From contig JAQGDQ010000133.1 in assembly GCA_030141605.1 (NCBI GenBank), positions 310,001 to 374,000 on the forward strand: 64,000 nucleotides of DNA. Reading direction: 5' to 3'. The translations under genes and the position numbers were made by a program. Below the pieces are notes generated by a model. The model had not been told where the DNA came from. It made no database searches and saw only the letters and a list, made by a program, of their open reading frames with translations. Numbering within the stretch: position 1 is the first letter of the stretch; every line of letters starts with the position of its first letter. Origin of the DNA: Tubiluchus corallicola. Lineage: Eukaryota > Animalia > Priapulida. Positions 11,877 to 24,325 of the stretch are shown piece by piece.

Positions 11877-14296
11877 CAAGGCGGAACACGTGGTTTGTGT
11901 CGTAGATGTGCAAGAACTGTTGGTAGTTGCCTGTAGGAGAACTTATAACATGGCCTAGGCCTATGGCCTAAGTGTGGCCTGTTTTGGCGTACAGTAATCC
12001 ACTTCTTTAAATTCACTTCAATTTAAATACAGTATTTCGTCTATTAAACTTTAATAATTGACGATTAACTGGTGTTGAACGATCTATTACGTAGTTATGT
12101 AGTTACTGTGTTATGTGCACAGGCAACAAGCTATTCAGCCAGCCAGTTAGTCCCGCTAGCCAACCAGCCAGTTAATATATCAAGCACCAATCGGTCAGCA
12201 AACTGTTGCTGGAGTACATATGTTCTTTCGGATAAGAAACGGTGTCCGAGTGTCTGTCTGTTATAGTCGTGTCTGAGTTGTGGAATTTACTTTGGTTATT
12301 ATCGCCAGCTACCATACGTCTTACGTACACATGTAGGTACACAAAATCAAAGAATTATTGCCAGTGAGTAAATAGGAGCACATATATATTCTTTGAAATG
12401 CTTTGAGAATTAGACGCCATTTTGAGTTGGTGTGATCAGCAAAAAGCTTTTACTTGATTCGATTGCAAGAACATGGAGGGGGAAATAACACTACTTTTAT
12501 TATTGATTAATAGCGTTTATTATGTTTTCTATTATTTTAAGTAGGAAGTGTGCGGCTCAGGGAAAATATTTGCGCGGACAGATTAAATACGGCAGTCGTA
12601 ACAGGCATGTATTACGGAATTATTTTACATTACTGCAATTCGAGAAGAAGGAAAAAACGTATACTTAAATTCTTAATCAGCTTCCATTTTTCAGAACTTT
12701 AGAAAGCTTTCTTTTAACAATACAAGAAGTGAAAAGGTTGACTGCTGCTTTAATAATTGTTGCGGGAAGTTTTATATTTTGCTGTACTGTTTCTGGCTGT
12801 GCGCCTCTTTGATGGAGGGTATATTAACATTCAAATGTGGTTATGTGGTTAAGATTTTCTGCCGACTGAGTACCTCATCTTAGAATGGTTAGTTTTAATA
12901 ACGAGAGACTGGTCCTTCCATAGCCATCCACAATTAAGTAGACCCTGCCAATGAGTGTGTCAGATTCCAGCATGCAGAATGCCGAATTGGATAAAAAGCA
13001 ATGTTTCACAAAAAACGAACAAAAATAAAAATATGGTCACTGGTAAATGCATGATAACATAAAAAGTTTAAAGTTAAGTGCAAAGTCAATTGTAGCTTAT
13101 GATTAAATACGAAATGCCCCATAGTTACGAATTATTTGTACATATTTGTTATGGCTGACATACGTCCCTGCTTTTCTCCTTGCACTTCATAGCACACAAA
13201 TACTAATAAGATAAAATGAAGCCCAAGTGTAGCAGTCTTGTTCCATTTGCACTTGTATAATCTGCTACATAGTAAATGAAGCCATGTTGCTTTTACCTTG
13301 CTCATTCATCGGGCAGATCATAATTAATAGCCTTAATTTCATAACCGTCAGAGAGCATTGTGCTCTCGTCGCTGTTTCCGCTGAGTCGTCACCATCATGC
13401 GAAAGTTAATTATTCCCAGCGTCTAATTAAATCGCCATTTCTGTGAATGTGTGTGTTAAACAGTGACTATGTACATGGTGTCCCGAAATGTAGACCGTTA
13501 AATTTAGAAATTGTCGCCAGTAAAATCAAAGGTGTTTCTAACATTTGACGATTATATTCTTGTTTTATTGAATCTGTTGTTTCTTGTTATTATTGTTAAA
13601 TCACTTTTTATCTCAAAAATTAAACAAAGTTCTGAAAAACTGAGTCATGACAACAACCTCTGAGAAACTCGTGCGATCGCACCCTGTCTACTAATAACCA
13701 TGAGAGCTGCGACAACCAGTAATTAGAGTGAGTGTTTTTGGCGTGAAAATTAAATGCTGTTTCTCGTGGTTTTTGTCGGTTTTCCTTTTCTCTCTCTTTC
13801 TTCCATACCAAAGGGAGAGGGGTAATGTTCGATCGTTTCTTGGTGTCATGTATTTGGCAAGATAATGAGTCATTAATGAAAATTTACACTTTGGCTTTGA
13901 TACCTAATTGCACTTTTATTAATTGTTCATACAAAAATGTACCAACAACAATATATGGTCGAATTTTTCGTTTGAACATTATGGAGCTGCTGCGTGTTAA
14001 AGGTAATTGAAAGCAAACATTCGACCTGTGCAAAACGTTCTTACAATTTTTAATGGAAAAGGACAAACGTCCATAGATTCTCACAGCAGGAAAGAGGGAA
14101 AGTATTACTACCGATATCGCTTGTGAAAATGCATTATAGAGGGTCTAACAGAGTATCGATTTAACACCGACTTATTTAAGTTTTGTCAGTGAGGTAATAC
14201 ACATGCGAAAAGTGTAATAATTAGAGAGTCTTTACCCAAGTGGTTTCTCAATAAGTTCTCCCCTTTCTCTCTCTCTCTGTTTTTCTCTCTCTTACG

Positions 14297-14483
<187 letters not shown>

Positions 14484-17400
14484 CTCTATCTATCCTTCTC
14501 TCTTGTACAATGTTCATATTCTCTCATATTTCTAGCTTATTACATGAGCTACCATTTCTTCAATGACTTTTTCTAATACACACTTTTAGGGTTCACTAAC
14601 CTTACCTTATAGTTTTGGACGTGATAAATTTTGACATAGCTTCTACAGTTTTTTCTACTGTTGTGATTTAATTTTTGTCAGATTGCCCTGCAATTAGGGC
14701 AGAAACAACGAGTAACGGTACCAAATAATTTATAACATTAATGGATTGTTGAAACAACTGTGAATCTATCGTCCCCAAAAATTTAGATCTGCCTGTTTCG
14801 CAGAGCCTGCATACTTGAGAGATAGGATCAGAGCATTTATATAAAAATTCAGTTTAACTGAATAGCTTGGAAATTCACCGCACTCTCAATCCTGCCAAGC
14901 ACGTTTCGCACGGAGCTAAAAGACAGAACGGGCGCTAAGATAGTAAAAAACGTGCCATTGATCCGTATTCAACAAGTAAACTTGTGAGACATTTGCAAAA
15001 TGTGTTTCAGGACCTTAACTTCTTCGAGTCACTGCTCCAACCAGACCACCAAGATTGCAGGCTGTGCGAGATGTGTGACGCTTTTGCACCAAGTGTTAAG
15101 GGCATAATAGATTCGCAGTTGTACTTTAATGTAATAAATTATTCTGTACGTTACTCGTTGTTTTTTGTACCATCCTATCAAAATATTTCCAATGTACTAC
15201 GATGTATAATTTTATGGTGCGGTTTCTGATGTGATCCCATCGGTACAGTCTGCAAAGGCTAACCTCTAGTTCGGTGTGATCGTGTGGTCCGACCAGTTCT
15301 ACTGTTGCAAGGCCTTTCTATACAATCTGGCCCTAAGCCTCATAGGAGAAACGTCTGTTTCACCTTCTTCACGGACTGACGTGACTTCACCTTCTTCATG
15401 GCGTCGTGTTGCCAGCATAATCATAATGAGATTTGTCTTGCAATCTTGATTCCAGCATAATCATAACAAGATTTCTTTTTGCAATCTTGGCTTCTTTGAA
15501 ACTCTAGATTATGATCATAGCAGACCTCAGGGGATCAGTTGACAGAAATTTGTGGTAAGACGACTGCGTCTACAACCAAATGACTGCAACGGTAACAACA
15601 AATGATATGTATTTCCATGCTAGCACAATACGATTATATTATATATCAGCCAATTGTAGAACATTAATTCAAATTTGTATATTAAAATAATAAGCTGTGC
15701 CTCATTCTCTTGCAGGCTTTGAGTGTCCCAGAGCAATCAAATCTCATTCAATTAGTGAATGACTTCAAAAAGATATCAGTAGTTTTTGTAATATCTCCAG
15801 CTGTCATGTTGAAACCAAATACACAATCTCTTCTCCACAGCTATTTCGTGACGTAAGCCTGGAGTAAACCATATGGATATCTTCCTCTTGCTGTTTAATT
15901 TAGGTTATTTTAATTTATTATTTCCAAAAAAAACGCGTAGTACTGCAAATTATTGTCATTGGTTATTTGTGGTTCATCTTAAGTTAACTTTTTAAGCAAA
16001 TATTTTTGGGGGTTTATCAGCTTTATTGGGACTACCATTCTAAGGAAAACCACTTTGTGCTATTGAATTCAAATAAATATCTTCAATAACTTTTAATGAA
16101 GTTACGTAAGAATTAATCAAATGTGGTTATTACAGAATCCTTTTTATTAGCCAACAAAAGAGTTACAAAACAAAATGATTAATAGATTTCTTTGATTAAG
16201 ACATGAAAAATGAATTAGCATAAGAAAAAAGATAACGTATATAAACGTATAGAATCTGATTCTCGGAGACGGCCGTTTCGCCGCATCTCATATGCAGCAT
16301 CTCTTTTTCCGGAGATTTCAACCGACGCGATATTGTCATCTGCTTGCCGAAGCGGAACTCGCTAACCAAGATAGATGCAAAAAATGGGAAGCCCTCCGCA
16401 TTCACGAGAGAAACTGACAACCTTTCAAAATGTTGCTTAATTGAGGCTCGTTTCTTCCTCTCTCATCTAGAGCAAACACGAGGATTGATAGCGAGGATTG
16501 TGCACTTCAAGTGAAGACATATGGAAAATGTTTGCGAAGGATTGCAATTTACCATTAATTACGATACACAAAGACCAGGCGCAACTACCTAAGCGTGTTG
16601 TGTTTTCTTCTGTTACTGATAAAGCAGCGAAGAAAGTAAACGTTCCGATGATAGAGTACACCTGATCATTAAAACAAGGCGAACCCAAGACAAATTTGTA
16701 CAGAAAAGAGGAAATGTGGAAAAGCCGGGACTACGCTTGGATTTGAACAAAGGATCATTCGCTCGTAAAGTGAATGTCATGTCCATCAAGCAACTGTGCA
16801 TCATTTATCATGATAGAATTCACTTCTTATTCCTCGCCAACCAATTTAGTATTTCCAGTGGTTGGTTTACACAGTGTTTAACTTACTCACGCTAGAGTAA
16901 TCAATTATAATTATATTAACATATTATTATTAAAATACTTTAAAATAATAACTATGTCATTTTTAATTAATTTTGAGCCGAAATGGTCCGTAGGCAATTG
17001 ATTAATTATTCACAATTCTGATTTTATGATTATTATTGTAATGCTGGAATGTACTAGAATGAACCTAAACGTGATTTTAAATTTAACGATTGTGATTATG
17101 GTACGTTTAATTTAAGTTTAAAGCTGAAGTCCTGGCATATAATATAACATAAAAAGACGATAAATTAATTTCATTACAGGCCGAAAACCCATATTAAGAC
17201 ATATACACTGCCACAATAAACCTGTTCACAAGCTAACAATCGTATAATTTAAGTAAAGTTTTCACTATACACACATAACACAAGTTATGAAAATGAACAA
17301 ATAGACAGTCTTAAATATTTCCACAGCTATAAAACCTTCCACATTATGCACGCCTTGCCGATGAGTGTTGGATTCCATCCTCTGTATGCCAAATTATGAA

Positions 17401-20145
17401 AAAGAGCGATGTCTTGTATTTATTCTGAGGTCACACAGCGTACCTGGTATTTCTTTCAGTAGAGCATATATCGTAAGTAAACGTGGATTTTTTTCTCTGA
17501 AATCGAGTCACCAAATTGAGCAACCAGTGAAACGGCGAATCAACTAAGTGTGGTGCTGGTGCTGCAGTGCACTGTTGAGTTTGTTATTGGGGTAGCTGTT
17601 TAAATTGCGTTGGTACTGCAGATACGCAAGCTAAAAAGTCAATATCTCTTTTCGAGGTTGTTTGCAAGTCATAACACAGTACTTCACTTCATGGCAAGGG
17701 TACTTAAGTGATTTCTTTGAGGGGGTGCTCAAAAAGTAAAAAACAGTGCTAGCATACCTTCAGGTTTTCAACTATTTGCCACTTAAGGAGATAACGAAAT
17801 GCCACTTAGAATGAAGTGCTTCACTTATTAGCAAAGGATTCCCAACATAAAAACACATAGCCTATAGGCAATTGATGGAAACTTACAGATATTGATGCTC
17901 GTACGACTGAAACGTGTAACAATGTTTTGTACAACACGTGAATACGACTTAATTTGCCCTAATCAATCCAATCAGTTAGAAAACTGTTCCCTGCAAATAC
18001 AAGTGCCGCAACTTGATTGAAAAGACTCTTTGGACTAAACATCTATCCTTGCCTGTGTCTGCCTAATGTCAAACTATTGATTCAGTTATAGAGTTACTCG
18101 GGGTGGATCCAGCATCATATTAGCACACAAAATTATGCGATACGTACCTGGATATATAATTCTCCGCTTTTATTCTGTCTTGCATTTAAAAATGTTTGCA
18201 GAAAGAATTACAGTTGGTTCAGTTAATGCCTGACTACATTTTAGTATTGGACACTCAAGTTTCAGCAGTTTCAAACAAAGCCGCGCACTGTGAGGTACGT
18301 AATTCTGATTATTGATGTGTGTTACTTAACAGCGAAGTTCTTTTGATTGAAACACCCTAGACACCTGTGATTCGCGCCATGTCAAGTTGCTATTGATGCT
18401 AAAGTAAACAGCACTGACGCTGTGTAAAGAAATTCATGTCACAGGCCACTTGCAGAGGGCAGAAAGAAAAAAGCTATACGGAACATGTCGTGTCGTACGA
18501 ATACATTAATTTTCTACGGTTAGGTGATGTGTAAATTAAGTTAAAGAGTATAACATAACAGCAGAAGTTATAGTGAAGTTAGACACCTGCACTGCACATG
18601 TCTTGTAACCAAATAAATTTCTTAATGGAATCCGGCACTCACTGGCAGAGTGTACTTAATGTTTATGGCTGTAGTGGTACTGAAGCCTAGCTCCTTATCA
18701 CGGATAGCCACCAAAGATAACCACTGAATCAGCACAGATATCTTGTAGCTTAACGATGTTCAGACGTAAATATTAACATCCTCGTTAGTGTGATGAATGA
18801 AAACGTCCAGAATAGCCATTAAATCCGACAGTCACCCATCCATTCACTAACAAGCCTCGGCGTTACTTTATATCATTCCACACACACCATTACCTGATGG
18901 ACGTTCATTTCAAATATTGTATAAATAATTTAATTATTATTATTATCAATAGATTTTAGACTATGATAAGGCAGAATTAATAAACTTAACTGTTAATTAA
19001 TTAAAGAAGGAGAAAGATGCTGAACAGTTGTTGTGAGTGAAGCAGGTGTGTTGGGCCGATAGCTCAAGTAGTAAGGAAAAACGTATGTGCGATGGAAGAG
19101 ATAATGGTAGAATGGTAATTTTATATACAATCTGGTAGGTTTGCAATTTTTTAGCATTTTTCTCCTTCTTCACTTACTTAGACGTTACGTTGCACTGTTA
19201 ATTGTTTTATTGGGTGATGCCCAGATATCTAAAATGTCCAGATACACAAATAGAACAGATAATGAACGAAAAGAAAAGTCAAAATTGACGCATTAAACTT
19301 TTCTTGCATTAATAACTGATGGATATAGAGATAGAGCTTTCACAACCAGACTTTAGCTCTACCACAATGTGCAGACAAACTGGAAGACTGAATTATTTAA
19401 CAACATAATTAAGAAGCTTTAGCAATGATATTCTGAAGCCTTTAGGAGAGTAGACTAGCGTCCGAGAAGTAGTTTGACAAAATAACAATGTGAATTTTAA
19501 ATGTGAATTTCACATGTATTTTTGACTTGTAAATTAAAGTAATTATTAAGTATCTCGCTACAAGTGAACGCGAATTTAGTAAAATTATAGTATTTACTAA
19601 TTAGTGAAATTGAATTTCATGTGATGTATTAATGTGATAACAGGATTAAAAACATTGCGGAATCATAAGTAAGTTCCCAAAAGTCTGAAAGTTTTTATCA
19701 AGTTTAAGACTAGGCGTATGTCTGATGCTTTTTGTTGCCCGCAGAAGTACACTCAGTGTCCTGGTTCTACGATGTCAGACATGCAACCCCAATACCTGCA
19801 GCCTCAGCGAGGAATGTTGCAGTCATGACAACTGACAAGCATGGGATCCTTTAGGACTAAATATAGCCCATCAGCGTTTATAGTTAGTCCATACCCTTAC
19901 TGCAGTCCCTGAAGGGAGTTTACATTGAACTAAAACACGAAGTATCACGATAAGACAAAATAATAAATTAATTTATTTCAGATTTTTCTATAAAAATTAT
20001 AAGATAATAAAAAGATAAAGAAATAATAGAAAATTATAATAACAGTAATTTCAACCTAGCGACGACAAAATTGCTAGAGAGTTGTGAAGTCCAGCAACGG
20101 TCGACCACACGTATTAAACAGGTAAAAATAGCTCCTAGTAAGGGG

Positions 20146-20660
20146 GTATCTAGAGCAAATTGCAATAGAATTTTTTTCAGATTCTGTGACAATACGGTTT
20201 CAGGTACCATAGAGAATGCCCAAAATCGGGAATAGTATTTTTGAGATATACGCATAAATCCAAGACGAAGCGTGCTGGGGCCAAAAATCAATTACATCTC
20301 TTCCCCCACGAGACTAAATGAACAATAGATGTTCGTAATTATGTCACAATAGTATTGTGACGTCACAACGACGACATAGATGAAAAAAGACAGTATTTTT
20401 GGAATCCTCTGGTGCACTTTTTTATCAGTCAATACTACCTATTTTCACCTACGCTCAATGATTTAGGCGACATATCAGATTTTTTGGCCCCGTCAGGCGC
20501 CATCTTTGATTTATGTGCATATCTCAGAAGTACCAAAGCCGATTTTGGCCGATTTTTTGGTGAACGTGCCTAATATATAACTCATAATCACAATTTAATC
20601 GAAGCCATAATCTAACAGAATCTGAAGAGGAAAATTCTATTGCCATTTGTTCTAGATTAC
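20146..20660. mobile_element. Fold-back non-autonomous DNA transposon with long imperfect inverted arms
   Basis: GTATCTAGAGCAAATTGCAATAGAATTTTTTTCAGATTCTGT is the inverse of ACAGAATCTGAAGAGGAAAATTCTATTGCCATTTGTTCTAGATTAC. An inner arm at ~20240-20290 is also inverted relative to ~20478-20530. Confidence 0.75.
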
Positions 20661-21909
20661 CTGTTATGTTTACCTGTTATGTTTACAATATGAACCTACA
20701 ATATGAAGCCATGTGCCTGAGTTTTTCTTAATAAATTATTCAGATTGTCTGGATGAAGTTGAACAAGTAGAATTAATTAAACATCTAAGATCACGTGATC
20801 AAAGCTCTATAAGCAGGAATAAAGCTCACATTTAATTTTGAATGTAGCAATTACTGCTGCTCTATTGCATGTGCTAAGTGAAAACTACACGCATTATTTA
20901 TATTGGTTGATACTGGCGGACAGCCATGTGTGAAGTAACAGGATGCAAAACATTAGAAGTTAGGAGTAATAAGGAGTAATGTTATAAAAGATCAGAAGTA
21001 TAACTTTTTAACTGTTTTTATGCAAACTGTGAAAAATTCTCTTGGGTAGATATTGAATAAAATTGATTGAAAAATTAAGTTAAAAATCAGCAACATATTG
21101 TTGGGGGGAAAAAGTAGTGAATCTTCGTGAGCAGATCGCCATGAAAATGTATAATGTCTAGAATTCTAGGAAACTGTTAATTGTTGTATTTTATATATGA
21201 AAGAAATGAGTTGATGTTGCGCTGTTTTAACTGGAAATCTTACCAAATTTTACACTTGATCCATTCCGGCCAATCGGCGATATCCACTCTTACTACTCTT
21301 ACTAATATAATACTTGCGCATTACCTAATGACAAATTAAAAAGAAACAATAAAGCTTCTTCCACAGAGCAAGACGACTGCCAGACCTGCATTATTGTCAT
21401 TCGTTTTTACAAGATCATTTAAGTTGTCTTAGCCGTCGATTTTCTCCTCTAAGAATTCAATTTCATCTTCTTTCAAGAGCTTCCTACTGGAATCTCCAGA
21501 AACTTGGCAGACTCGAAATTTAATTAGTTTTATTGATTCGCATAAGCATGAATTACCGTGTATCAGATGCTACGTTATCTTCAAATACTTTTTAAGGCGG
21601 ATTCAAAACGTCGTAAGAAAATGAAGCGTCTTAAGACTATATTTTCAGAACTCGATTAAACAGGTGTATGATAAAAGCGTGTGTAGGAATGCAAGATTTC
21701 TTTGTCACTGAATTGTCTTCGTCTTCATTGGCTGTTGGCGCCTTCAGCTTTTCTAAAGAGCGCTCTGAAAATGGACCTGTATTTGCCTTTCTCATTTATG
21801 CATCGCATTTTAATCCAAAGGGACCGCCTAATCTATTAATTACGTCGAAAAGTTGCATTTCACAGTTACAGAGTTTGATTTCCATTTCATTCTGTTCAGC
21901 AACCAAATT

Positions 21910-21914
<5 letters not shown>

Positions 21915-22002
<88 letters not shown>

Positions 22003-22370
22003 ACTGTCTCTTGTTATTCTTCTTGTTCTTTTCTCCTTTCCTCTCCCTCCTGCCCTCTCTGCCTCTCGTTGTCTTTCTTTCTCTTTCCCTCGCTTCGTCC
22101 TTTTCTCTAATTCTCTCTCCCTTCTTCCCTGTATCGTTTGCTCCTTTCTCTTTCATATTTCTCCGATATTCTCTGCTGTTTTTCTCTCCTGTTCACTCGT
22201 TCACTCATTCACTCACTTACTCACTCACTCATCCACTCGATCACTTATTCACTCACTCACACACACAAACGCTCACTCACACTTACTCACTCTAAATCTC
22301 TTACTCTTTCTTTCTCTCTATCTCACTATTCTGTCTTTCCTCTATTCCTTCCTGCCTTTCTCTCTTCTGT
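21915..22370. repeat. (CT)n microsatellite grading into pyrimidine-rich and (ACTC)n low-complexity DNA
   Basis: Read directly; explains the 243-aa ORF 21668..22399 and the overlapping ORFs. Confidence 0.92.
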
Positions 22371-23784
22371 TTCGCAAAACCTCGAATATTGCAATGTAAA
22401 TGCAAATGACGAGTACAACCGCTACTCTTTAAACATTGATTTTGTTCAATATGCCGCCCTCACATCAACAAATCCCATCACATCTCAAGGTGGAAAAGAA
22501 AAGGAATTCGCAAATGTATTGCCAAACTTGAGTAGTTGTACAAATATTATTAGCATATTTGCATGAAGACGTTGTGTACGCAATAATAACAAGTTCAAAC
22601 GCTGAAACACAATACATAACAATTACTAGCGGCAAAAATTCGCGTCAGCTGCTCAAAGAAAGCAAAATGCGAAAAATCCATTAGGAAGTAAATTACAAAG
22701 TCACGGGCTCTGAGTTCTTGAGTGACTGTTTACCTAAATTGCGGTTATGAACCACTTAAACGCAACGACTCTGTTATTTTCATCTACAAAATCAAAAGCA
22801 AATTATTGCAACTTTTAGACGCTCTGAATGGAACATACAATTAAAAACGTGAGAATTTGCACTGAAAGATAATGTAATTTGCAAACGTAACCGAATACAC
22901 AGCAAAACTCAATAAAATGAAAAATAACCATAACAGCGATAAATATACAACTTTGGCAAACTACTTTTGGGTAAATGGTTCTTGGCCGCCTGGATTCAAT
23001 ACCCCTTCTGGGAAGTTTCTTTCGCCATACTGATCCAGGTTGTTTGCCTCGTAGAGACAGGATGTATACACACCCGAACATGGCTGAAGTGTAGTTTAGT
23101 GGCAGATCTTAGAGGGTATCTTTGATAAACAAGCAGGCTCCGGTCATGCCACAGACATCAAGTTGAGTAGGCTCAGACGTTTTGCCTTGGGTGGGCGGCG
23201 GATGTTAAAATTCATTTGTACGTCATGCACAGTTGCAGTTTGGATTTATGTGATATAGTGCATAATAACAGAGTTTTAACTGGTCAAACTTAAAGAAAAA
23301 TTTAAAAAAGTAACTTACCTATATTGAGGCAAACGTATTTAAACTCTTTTCGTTTTTGTTGCCTTCTATAGTATGATAAGCATAGTTAGCTGTTTCTGTG
23401 TGGTAAAGTTTTCTAACGAGAACATGTATAGTCTGTCTTGCGATACTGTATTGGCGACCGACCCTCATTGACTGTGATCATTCTCAAGATAATCGTTGAG
23501 CCAAAACTTGCTGTCATATTGGGTGTTATAGCAAGAAATAATGCAGTAGAAGCATACCGATATGCTACTTTTCCTTATACTGGAATGTACGACCATCAAG
23601 TTGTGTTGTAGAATTTTGAATTATAATGTAATAATGTAAAGTCATAAATTAAAAGTCCATGATAACATTACTTTGTGGACTGGTCAGAGATCAGCCTAAT
23701 TCTAGTAGTAGTATGGTTTGTTAACTATAAATACAATTTGACTAGAAAAACTGGGGTAGCAGGAAATAATAAAATTTACGGTCC

Positions 23785-24220
23785 ATTCATTATTTTTTTT
23801 CAAGAATTTATCACAGGTGGATCATATTAACATATAAAATAAAATAGTGGTACCAACTTTATACCATTGACAAAGTAGTTATACATTTTAGTTTGATATT
23901 TTAAGCGAATAGTAAACACCAATAAAACTACTGTTAGTTTTGAAAAGTTTGTAGCACTTGAGAGCAAATTTCAAATGCATGGTTGCTCTCCATAATATTA
24001 GACAGTGCAGAAAAGTTCACACTATGATATTTCCTTCTAATTTCAATATCTCTCCGCATGTGCATAGTCTTTGATTTCTATCTTTGTCATCCCATCTGCC
24101 GGTCTCAATTCTTAAGCGATGTGCTTGTAGCCTTAGTCGAGAGAAAGCTATGCGGTATTTTTCTGTAGTATTCTCTGGTATGTTTTGGGTTTTCAAGTCC
24201 GGGTTAAATTCCTTGTAAAC
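23785..24220 (-). mobile_element. 5'-truncated non-LTR retrotransposon 3' end (ORF2 C-terminal Cys region, RTE-X/L2-CR1-type)
   Basis: Minus strand reads YRIAFSRLRLQAHRLRIETGRWDDKDRNQRLCTCGEI (the R.RLSSH.L.IETGR...R.C.C motif), then after a frameshift IEIRRKYHSVNFSALSNIMES...LQTFQN*, then a 3' UTR ending in A-rich AATAATGAATG. Confidence 0.8.
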
Positions 24221-24325
24221 CATACATAGACATAGACATAGACATAGACATTTTTATTTATCTCCTCATTTACACCTGTATACAAATTGACTATTGTTTT
24301 TTTAGTTATTGATTAAAAAGGATAA
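24221..24325 (-). mobile_element. 3' tail of a second LINE: AATAAA followed by (TGTCTA)n
   Basis: Plus strand (CATAGA)n then TTTTTATTTATC; a tandem-repeat tail after a poly(A) signal is typical of L2/CR1-group elements. Confidence 0.55.

Noticed and set aside
11653-11936. Poly-Ser/Tyr/Val/Leu ORFs
   Set aside because: Frames of the (CTA)n microsatellite.
21668-22399. Longest ORF in the track (243 aa)
   Set aside because: Stays open only because it runs through stop-poor (CT)n and pyrimidine-rich low-complexity DNA; no domain similarity.
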